NCBI GenBank assembly: GCA_000320545.1
Contig: ADNK01000742.1
Location: forward strand, 25,580 to 89,579
DNA: 64,000 nucleotides
Reading direction: 5' to 3'
Source: Bigelowiella natans CCMP2755
Taxonomy: Eukaryota > Protista > Cercozoa
This document shows positions 53,712 to 64,000 of this stretch, one piece after another. A program made the position numbers and the translations under genes. A model generated the notes under the pieces. The model was given only the letters and a program-made list of their open reading frames with translations. It did not search any database and had not been told where the DNA came from. Numbering within the stretch: the stretch's first letter is position 1; each line of letters begins with the position of its first letter.

Positions 53712-55739
53712 GATATATTGCTTTGGTGACGTTATAAGAACCTTGAGTAAGGCGTTTCTCCTGCGCCTTTAAGCTGCAGCTCGAAATGGTTGTTGTGATC
53801 GTCGACCTCGTCGCTCTCTCCTCGAGTTGTCGTTTGGACCTCCGCCAGTGCAATTGCCCTGCCATCGCCTGTGTTTAGGCATATGTTGTATGTGTGTGGG
53901 GGGGGGGAGTAGGGAGGAGGTCGATGAAGATGTAGATGTAGGTATCATCTTCCACATTTTGCATCTTCCTTTTCTTCTTCTTCTTCTTCTTCTTCTTCTT
54001 CTTCTTCTTTTTTGAAACAGTGAATATAACGCATGCAATGATGATACCGAGCTGTCCTGCCCAATTTCCAAACTGGTGGCCTATTGGAAGAGGAGGTGAG
54101 CATGTGTACGAAATTCGATCAGTATGGAGATAGCGATGGATTAGTGTCTCAACCTCCATAGCACATGGCCCACGGTGCTGAATCATCTATGACGTCGTTG
54201 CCACCCAATACTCGAACGAATTCCTCTGTCTGTGTGGTAGGAAGAAGAATGCAGTCGTCGTTCAGCCACTGACCAATTGAGATGACGATATTCAGGAAAG
54301 AAACAAGTCTGAATTCTCCACATGGGGCTTAATTGACGTGCAGGCACCGATTTGGTGAGAAGAGATTGCCACTATTATTTACATGGAGTGGGGGGGGGGG
54401 GTGAGGGGAACTAAGAGAGGACCTGTGCAAATGATGGGTCAAAACCTGCAGCATATTACCACAACGTTCAGTCAGCAGGTTTAGCAGGTTTTCCCACTGC
54501 AGCATCGTAAAAGCACGTAGCATACATTTTACAGTACTTTGTCATAGATTTGGAGATCATTATATTTTGCCGTGTTATTGTAATTGTTGTTGTTGCACTT
54601 GTTAACAGCACGCTAAATTTAAAACCGATGAGGCCTTTCACGGCGCCGCCGTCTACCTAACCGACCTAGAGTCGATAGCATATCCTCCGAATACAGGACA
54701 AGTCTCGGATCCTTCACTGTTGGACGCATCGATGACGATGATCGATGCAGCAAGGGTAAAAGAGGAGGTTGGTTAGAATTCAGTGCTTCGGGTGTCGCTC
54801 AGCTTTGGAACGAACGCAAAGCAGAATCACATCTACTGTGGATCCCTAACAACAACGATAACAACAACATCGTGCATGCGAATCGTGTAGTAGTACCTGG
54901 AGTAGGCATAACATATGAGAACGCTGCATCAACCTGCCTACGAGTGTTCGAAGCTTCGGGGTCCGCCTTCAGCTCTTCTATTGAAGTACATTCATGAAAT
55001 GCTCAATTAATTATATTGATAGGGTTATGAACAAGGCGTTGAATCTAGAAATCGTGACGTCGTACTCAAGCGAGTAGAGTTAGTGGTGATGTTTCTACTT
55101 TGGTAGCTGTTGACGATATTTAAGTCTTTCCAACTTTTGTGTCCCGCAACGCTTCTATCTCCTTGTGCTTTCGCAGCCGAATCCTTCGCATTCGCGGATG
55201 AAGGCGAGGATGAGAATGAATGTGGCGATGCAGCATTCACAGTCGTTGTTTCTCTTCGAAGTCTCGGGATCCTGGCGCTTGAGAATAGGCTATGAATTGG
55301 GTATCTTCCAAGTAAGCAGTTAGCGCAATTTTTATTTCTGACGGCACTGGCAGCGTACTTTGAATTGCGGTGGAAAGCGCCGATCTTTCCGAATTTAGCG
55401 GCACTACCGGCAGCACGTCGGAGGTCAATTCGCGAAGCAAGAATTTGCTGAAATAGTGTAGAATTTTAGGGTTAGGATTGGCGGCCCAAGTTCTTTGTCC
55501 GCTAGATTAAAATATTCAGTCTCCTTACATAATAAGCATGCACTTATCATTACTCCTACTACCACAAAGGGCATTTTCATTGTTCTACACACCCCGCGGT
55601 TCATCGCCATTGCCATCATAGTAGCGGTCGCTAGGCAGCAGGCTACGACGGCCAAGGATCGGAAGGACGCTGCCGCCGGGGCTCTCCTTTGGTTCTTCGA
55701 ATACAGGCCTCTAAGCACCTCGCCCAGGGCGATGACCAT
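48246..55739 (-). CDS. SELENOO: Selenoprotein O / YdiU-family AMPylase with predicted penultimate-region selenocysteine
   Basis: Exons read AFSYVMPTP, WAMCYGG/HQFGNWAGQLG/DGRAIAL, ELQLKGAGETPYSR/ADGRAVLRSSIR, VPTTRALSLV, RVAPSFIR/FGSFQL, GLTIDYGPFGFL, NPRIILRNYAAQLAIADAERGDY and PAPQWASRSAG/IAQLS(TGA)SS(TAG). Confidence 0.93.
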
Positions 55740-56119
55740 CCGAGACTCCGAAGAGGTGGGGTATTATTATTACCGGAACAGAGGAAGGACGACTCCTCGT
55801 CGCCGCCGTCGTCGGGTGTGGTTTGCTGATAATGAGACCTATCCGCTTTGCTGCGGAGAAGATCGCAGCGCGCAGTTGCATGGCATTTTCCACATGATGC
55901 AGCCTAGGTTGGAGCTTTATCGGCGTAATATCAAAGCATCTTTCTTCGAAAAGTACTCCAGATATTCTGACGGCATCGAAAGCGCGGGTGTTATGTTCTA
56001 CGACAATGCTAAGATGAATGTCGCATGGTAAAATCACAATCGTTTTCGACTGAAATTGCCATTCGAATTATATTGACAGGAGCTCATAATTCGGTCTGGA
56101 TCACATCCGCCCTGGGAGA

Positions 56120-56951
56120 ATGGCGTCGCTGCCCTCTCTTTACGCTCTCCCAAGCGAGGCTCCACCCGTATCAACCAATGAATGCCAGTTCATTTATAAA
56201 GCCTTGGCAAGTAACCTCCGGGTGGGAAGACTTGCCATGTTTTTTTGTTGATACAGCGCGCGGAGTCTTATTCACTCATGCGCACATTTCACTAAGATAG
56301 CTATCGGATAATGTGATGCTTACAGGTCGACGGACGGAAGCCCATGAAGATGCGCCGTGTAAAGATCAAATTTTTGAGAAAGTGAGTGAGCACGTGGCCG
56401 TGCAAAGGGCAGCACGCCGCACAAACAATACCCTTTGTATGTGCTGGCTAACGTTTCTTTTTCTTGTAGATCTGGTGCTGTTGAGGTTAGCATTGGGAAG
56501 ACACGAGTCCTTGCTGCAACAACAGCAGATATCGTCAAACCATGGCCGGTACTACTACATGCTACTACTGGCTAGTCTACTCCAATCGTCTCAGGAGGAA
56601 CGACAATGACATTCTGCTTTTATCCCCCACCCTTCCTTTTTCTTTATTTCTGAAGGACCGTCCCTCGGAAGGCTTCCTGCGAATCCACACCGACTTTTCA
56701 CCAATGGCATCGCCGTTTTTCGAGAACAATAGGTAATTTAAAGGGGATTAGGGTGTTGCACAAGAAGGAGGGGCGAGAGCAGCTTGTTCCAGCAACCGTC
56801 TCGCTCTTTCACTCCACCCCTCCCTTAACCCACCTTCTCCTCCTCTCTCTCCATTCCTCTAATTTGCTAAACATGCTAACCAGGCCCTCTTCACGTTCGA
56901 TCCAACTGTCACGTATGGTCGAAAAAGGTGTAAGTGTGTGTGTATGTGTGC

Positions 56952-57003
<52 letters not shown>

Positions 57004-57228
57004 AGCTCACACAATGCTGTGACAGGCATATTTCCGATCATCAAACGAGCGAATGCAAAAAAAGACAATAATTTGAGCAATAATTGCGGACAGCATACAC
57101 CGGTGGCGAAGTCTTACGCATCTGATTCATCAGGCATACGGGAGTCGAACGCTGTCGATACGGAGTCTCTCTGTATTCTCTCGGGGAGTAAAGTCTGGGA
57201 GGTGCCCATGCATTTAAACATCAGCAGC

Positions 57229-57268
<40 letters not shown>

Positions 57269-57404
57269 ATGGTAATAATGATAGAAAAGGCCATAGTTGT
57301 TGTGCTAGGTGGTGGTGGTGGTGGTGGGAGTTGGTCACTAGTGTTAGAACCATTTTCACACCCACTCGCTTCCGTTATCTTCATCATCCTCAAGAACAGT
57401 AGCT

Positions 57405-57436
<32 letters not shown>

Positions 57437-58794
57437 TATATTCCCAGATTCGCCTCGACGTAAGGGTTATTGATGACGACGGAAATATCGGTTGTCGACT
57501 CACCGAAGAACCAACGCGCAACACATACTGAGGGGAGAAAAGTAGAAATGGGAGGATGGCAAGCCTGTGGACTTTTGAACGGGAGAGAATAGATGAGTAT
57601 TCACGGGTTCTAATCATACCTTTAAAATGTGCAGGAGATTGCGCGAGTCTCGCTGCTGTGGCGTCCCTGATGCACTTCCGCCGTCCTGATGTTACGGTAC
57701 AATCACTATGACAATGATGGCGATGATAATCAAATTGATGGTGATACGCTGTAGATGTGGTCCATAAATACCTCTTTTTTGACTTGAGAAATCCAATGGG
57801 TTCTAAGCGAGTTATTCCTGCGATTGATAGCCACACACCTTCAGCATCTTCCCCATTTTTCTTGATGACACCGTCACCATGCATTCGATGGCTCAGGTCG
57901 TTGGAGAGCGAGTCACAGTGCACAGCGTTGAGGCGCGTCAGCCGGTAGAAAGAAGCAGGAGCAGAGGAATTGTGTGCATGCCATGCGTAACTTGCTAGAA
58001 AAAGAAGTAGATCGCTGTTATCGTTGATAATATAACGAATGTCCTCTGTCATAGATCGGGCTGGCTCTGCACCATATCCCCATTATGATTACCTTCGCCG
58101 TATTTCCGGTGGGGGGGGGCGGTGATAAGAAGGCGGTGGAAAGCGCCGGCAAAGGTCTGTCTATTAGATGATGCAGAGGATCAGGGTGGCCATTGATGAA
58201 GATGGGGAAGAAACATGCTTGTGACCACATATTATGCGCTGAAAAATAATCCTATCATCTTACAATTCTCTCCCCCCCCCCTCCCCCCCCCCCTCTCTCT
58301 CTCCCTCTCTTCCTACGTGGGTGTATGTATGCATTTCCTTCCCCCTCCTCTTGTGAAATAGCTGGAGGCAGCAGCAACAGCGGCAGCGACGTCCACGTCG
58401 TGATAGATCCTAGCCGAAAGGAAACTTCAGTGGCACAAGGCGGTAAGAAGCAGCGGATACGATGATGATGATGATGATGGCAGCTTTCGGATATAATTTG
58501 TATTTCATGCTGTATAACCGATTCATTAATCGGGTGTAAAAATAATAGCAAAATATGTCCAAGTCCGTCCGATTAATTTCGTAACACGACGATGCCTCTA
58601 CCACTATATTCTCCCTTCCCTGCCTCTCCTCCTCACCCCCCTCCTCCTCATCCTCATCCTATTCCTCTCTCGCTCGCCACTGCTTCGTTTCATTCTCATT
58701 ATTGCTCATCGTTGCTGTTGTAATCAGAGATATCGTTCACCGTAAACAAGCACAAAGAGGTGATGATCTTCCACGCTTTGTAGTTATGATGTAT

Positions 58795-58839
<45 letters not shown>

Positions 58840-59449
58840 CCCCCCCCTCTCTTCATTCCCATCCTCTCTTCTACAACGTGCAAGGCGTATTATCGTCGAT
58901 GACGTATGGCGTGGTGTGAACGATGCAGATTTGTGCTATACATAAAAGTGGTGGAATACCTCTGCGGCCTAGTAAGGTACTAGAAGTAGTAGAAGAAGTA
59001 GCAGCAACAGCAGTAAAAGACGTGCGCTACTTGTTGAAGGGTGTGTCTGTTTACTATTATACTCTTTCGAGCATTGCCCAATTCCGGTAGTAGAATCATA
59101 CACTCCTCTCTTCTTCCTTCTTCTTCTTCCAGATTCTCAAGTATGCGAATGCGGCTATAGTCCAAGCGCAGAAGCTCACTGCCCAGTAGTCACACTTCTA
59201 ACACGAGGCATAGACTGCAGATATGCACAGCGCTGTATCTTTCGTTAATGTTGTTGTCGGGTCGGAATATCTATCAGTGCCATCATCATCCATCGTCATC
59301 GTCATCTTGTTGCTATGTTTCTCTGCTCTTTTATCGCCCATCAGGCTAGAAAAAGAACTAGCTAGGGAAGAGAAGGAACAGCAAGCGAGATCCCGAAGAG
59401 GGTTGTCACGCACACACGCTCAGGCAGCACATGGGAGAGCGAGAGGAGG

Positions 59450-59495
<46 letters not shown>

Positions 59496-59771
59496 GAGAG
59501 AGAGAGGGGCGGGGGTAACAATGATCACTGTTAGTCTTCGCAGTTGTTTCAAAAAAAATCTTTCACACATCGTAGGGAGAGCGTTTACACCAACCCCGCA
59601 GCAGCATTCGTCGAAAATATAAGTAGAGTCACCCAAGAGGAGGAAACAGACGTTGGCGGTGAAAGCGCAGCAGCAGCGAACGATGAGATGAAAGACGAGC
59701 TGGGTGGAGCTGATGAAAAACAAGCAGCTGAAACCCCGACTGAAAAGGGGACAACAAGTACCGACAAATAA
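56120..59771 (+). CDS. RRP45: Exosome complex component RRP45 (EXOSC9-like)
   Basis: ATG 56120. Exons read STNECQFIYKALASNLR/VDGRKP, VEVSIGKTRV, DRPSEGFLRIHTDFSPMASPFFE, NAVDTESLCILSGSKVWE/IRLDVRVIDDDGNI, LMHFRRPDVT, LHHIPIMITF, VIDPS and ICAIHKSGG, with stop at 59771. Confidence 0.92.
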
Positions 59772-60689
59772 AATGATGACAAGACTGCTGCACGGCAGAT
59801 CGAGTGCGATAGCCCTAGAGCCATTCGGTGTAGTATGCCACGCAGGAGGATTTCTTGTGTAATTTTAATCAGCTTCATCTCTGTCTTGCGTAATCCGCGG
59901 ACATGTTCAAGAATAAAGTAATGAGGACTAAATGATATTACAAACTCATTCTTATCATGATTGCAAAGCGCACAGCGCATGGCACGTATGCTATGTGCCG
60001 GGTATAATGAGACAATTGCATCATTTGAAATGGTCGTCAGAATTTGGCGAGGCAACGCGGCGGCTACAGCGCTGTGATTATGTTTGTTTGTTTCGGCATT
60101 ATGTGCTTATTAAGACAAGATAAATGCGCAGTGCATGATGCTTGGGCTCTAGGAAACAAACAATTCGTGCGCCAAATATGTTCATATGAGTGCAATAATC
60201 ACTCTTTTTCAATTAATTGTGAAGGCAGCGTGAAAACAACAAATTTGCAAGCATGAAGATTTATTTGCTGAACAAAATCCCATTCCATCATCAATTTGTC
60301 CAGATGTGCATAAAGCTACAGACTTGCTGGTGCTAATTAATAATCCAGTCGTGTTATCATTACATATCAGTCGCTACATTATACGGCATCAGCTGCGTTT
60401 GCAAGCTGTACTACAATAGAGAGCCTGTTTCAGTTGCTAGCTTACTGAAATGGAGCGATGTAATGACAAGCATAGGTAAAAGATTCTCATTCTTTCTTCC
60501 TTTCCTCGTTCAGTTTATCGTTCTTCTTCTGCTCATGATCCTGAGATGATTGGCCAACAAAGTCATCATACATAGCTCCAACGGTCACATTAGGAGATAA
60601 ATGCTGTCTCCAGACATCTCAGTTGACCGACAAGGCAGCCCCCTTGTAAGAAAATTGGAAGAAAGCTTATTTGAAGCTAGATACATCAT

Positions 60690-61030
60690 TCGGCAAGCGT
60701 GTTTGCAGGAATTGCTAACATCGACCGTCGTATTGACTTTGGCTCTATTGCGGCTATTATTATTACCTTTGTCAACTGGCGCTCAACAAGCTGGCGATAG
60801 ATCCCGTCATCGCCTTTAGATAGCAACTCGTTGTGACTCCCCCTCTCTACGATCTTTCCCGAGGAGAGGACCAGCACCTAAAATAACCAAAAATGGCGTG
60901 GGCCCGGGGGGGGGGGGGGGGAGGGGGACGAGTGGGAAACAAAGAACGTCCTCAGAGAGTTTCCTTTCTTTTTTTCGCTCTTAGCACCGTCACACACGCC
61001 AGCATTTACACGCACAGAATATGCTCAGTA

Positions 61031-61082
<52 letters not shown>

Positions 61083-61236
61083 GGTGGTTGTGATCGCATC
61101 ATGCCTGGTCCGCTGTCTTGACTGTACTGAGACGATGTGCTATCACAATGGTCGTGCAGTTTTTCATCAGCACCTCGAGGGCCTTCGTTACCTTGGCAAT
61201 GCATAATGCGAATCACATCAAATTCTACGTGTTCTT

Positions 61237-61274
<38 letters not shown>

Positions 61275-62302
61275 TCGTATTTTGTTTCTTTAATCTTGCA
61301 CGTGTCGCGGGAGCTATCAGTTCATGCTGCCACGCAGCTTCTAATACCAAGAATTCCGATTCAGCATCCAAGGCAGAAGTGGCCTCATCGAGTAGTAATA
61401 TCTTCGGCTTCAACAAGATTGCCCGCGCAATCGCCACACGTTGCTTCTGCCCCCCGCTCAGCTATAATAAAGGAGCGACGTGATGATTCAACGTGAGAAA
61501 TATGGAGTTTCTAGCCGCATTGCCCACCCGTAGTGTGAATGATCAGATGAACGACGGCGCATATAGTTCGCAGCAATGATTCCTCACTATCACCAAAACA
61601 AGGAATACGAGTGCGTGTATGGCTGCTACTGCTACTACTGCTTCTTCGACTACTCAGAGATCACCTGAACGCCCCTCTCCCCAACTAACGTGTCGTATCC
61701 TTCAGGAAACTTCTCGATAAAACCGGCACAGTTGGCCTGGCATCAACACCAAGAGGGAAGGGTGAGTGCAATAGTTAATTCGGTAGGATGTGCTGCTGAC
61801 GGTTCTTCAAACGCACAACACTCAATTTGGCAACGACGACGACTCCGGTCAAAAGAACTAAATTGAAGGCATGTATGGATGCACATTGAAGTGGACTCCA
61901 CCTGCTGTGCGGCGCTTTTCATCTGTTCTTCACTCACAGAATTCTGGGTAAACAAAAGTACACCGTTCGAAAGGAAGGTCAAAGGAGGAAGAGGGGTGGA
62001 GAGACGAGAGGACACATACAATCACCATAAACAGAGACAATTGGTGATTATCACCCGGCAGCACACGCGTTGTAATGTGTGGTACGAGTTCAAACTTCAT
62101 TTCTTCTCATCAGCAGCTTCTTTCAAAGGGGGAGGGTACCTTTTCCACTCCGTACAGAATATTTTCGCGTATCGAGCATGCAAACAGGGAGGGCTCTTGA
62201 GAGACTAACGCCATTCGCCTTGTTTGTGGGGATGAGTAGTAGCAGCAAAAATAGCAATAGCAATAGCAAGGTCTCTCAAACGGAAGGCAGAAAGTCAGTG
62301 TA

Positions 62303-62361
<59 letters not shown>

Positions 62362-62768
62362 TTTCTTCTCCTCATCACCATGCCGCTAACTACTCGCCTA
62401 TTAGCTAGATGACTGCTGCTTGGCTGATGAATAGACAGATGAATAGACAGCAGAGGATACCATCACCACCCCAGCAGCATCGTCATCTTTATCGTCATTT
62501 AACAACATGCACGTCATCATCTCACACGCACACGCCTTTATGACCTATGCAGCCATTCAGGTGGAAGGCTCATGAGAGGTACACCATCAATATAGATCTT
62601 GCCTGATATACAAGGATGATATTGATGCTAATTTGACATGTTGGCCTCGATATATCTCTGTTTAGCCTCCCTGCACTTCCCCTTCCTCTCCCCCTCCGTG
62701 ACGCTTTTCCTCCAACAAATAAAAGACCAGGATTTTCTTTTAGGCTATTCTGATTCATTGTGATCCCT

Positions 62769-62807
<39 letters not shown>

Positions 62808-63160
62808 CCTCGCTCCCTCTCTCCCTCGGCCTTGCCTTTATTTGGGTCGTAAAAACGCTCTAAAAGCGCTATGATCGTGCTCTTTCCCGCCCTGTATGTG
62901 TAGTAGGTGCTCGTGTGTTTATACGTCGTATTGAACAAGTTGAAGAACAAATGCATTCGATCATAACTCTCTGCTCACTCAAACTACTGCTGCTGCTGCT
63001 ACTACTACTTCTTCTTCTGGTTGATGCTGATGATAATGTTGTTGTTGCTCTCACCCAGATTGGCCGACAAGTGCCACCGTATCTCCCGGATTACACAACA
63101 AGCTAACATTGCTCAAAACCTAGTAGTAGACGTCATGTATAGTGTGTGGGGGGGCAGATA

Positions 63161-63212
<52 letters not shown>

Positions 63213-64000
63213 ACACACATACACACATACATGCACAGAAGAATAGAATGGATATCGTCCAGGATCATAGGGGGGAGAGTGGGGATATGTAGTAAAAAAG
63301 TAAAGTGAGCATCATGGCTTTTCTGTCTTCTTCTTCTTCTTCATCATCCTCCTCCTCCTCCTCATCATCATCATCATCATATTCTTGTTATTGTTCTTTT
63401 TGTTCCTCCTAACCTTCCTATCCTGCCTCGTGGGATAGGCGAACTCCACACCCTCGAAACGAACTTCACCTGGTAGCGGTAGCACGGGGGGGGGGGGGGG
63501 GGGGGGGGGGGTGGAAAAGGAGGTATTTTTAATATGTAAAAAAAATATTTTTTTTTTTAGAAAAGTTGGGGGATGTGTAGGACGAAAACAACGTTGTTCT
63601 GGTTGATGATCTAATAATCCCCCCCGTTTTTATGGTTTTTAAACCTCTTTATTTCCTATTATGAGCCCTCTTGGACCCCTTTGCCTTCTTGCCATTACCG
63701 AAATCTTATCCATCAATCGCAGAGGATCGGACGCGATCGCAAAGTGTTTATTGCTCTCATTGACACCATACCTCTCCTACGGGTAACCGTTTACACAGCG
63801 ACGACTACAACAACAGCAGCTGCGGTAACAGCAGCAGCAGCATCAGTTGATCATCTGGGGTGTACATACCAGCTGCTCTAGAATACTACACTAATAGATG
63901 ATCATGATGATGATAACGAGGTGACTGTGTGAATTCATCATATACGTACTTTCGGGTCTGAACGAGCTGGCACTTGAGATGGCGACGATTGGGTTGTTGA
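60690..64000 (-). CDS. ABCB-family ABC transporter, C-terminal nucleotide-binding domain; 5' part lies outside the window and the last exon is unresolved
   Basis: Exons read [39 protein letters not shown] (Walker A), [36 protein letters not shown] and [13 protein letters not shown]. Confidence 0.88.

Noticed and set aside
55464-55480. Telo-box-like TTAGGGTTAGG near the SelO/RRP45 divergent region (also 16650-16717 and ~42605)
   Set aside because: Too short and too few to separate from chance or interstitial telomeric remnants.
42470-55739. Pirin plus SelO as a functional redox gene cluster
   Set aside because: Adjacency alone is not evidence in a eukaryotic genome.
56400-56450. Minus-strand YKGYCLCG, resembling a GFA/CENP-V start
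   Set aside because: It lies antisense to an RRP45 intron with clear plus-strand splice sites, and no downstream CHC or FCxxCG motifs were found.

Overview
Intron-dense eukaryotic nuclear DNA from a protist. Short GT-AG introns packed with microsatellites and signal-plus-transit-like leaders suggest a chlorarachniophyte-like alga, but that is an inference. About 11 genes can be traced by hand: a secreted Cys-rich repeat protein, S-formylglutathione hydrolase, an intronless claudin/amastin-like tetraspan, a PP2C phosphatase, a multipass membrane protein, a ~20 kb giant IPT/TIG multi-TM WD40 receptor-like gene, an STPG/SHIPPO-repeat protein, a pirin, selenoprotein O with an in-frame TGA (LS-U-SS*), exosome subunit RRP45 and part of an ABCB transporter. 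The most striking feature is five sharply bounded islands almost devoid of TpA, with excess TpG/CpA and intact CpG. The TAs that survive are nearly all in CTA/TAG context, and a local duplication shows only A:T-to-G:C transitions, nearly all at TpA. This looks like a region-targeted TpA-to-TpG/CpA hypermutation process running opposite to fungal RIP. All counts and exon boundaries are manual.
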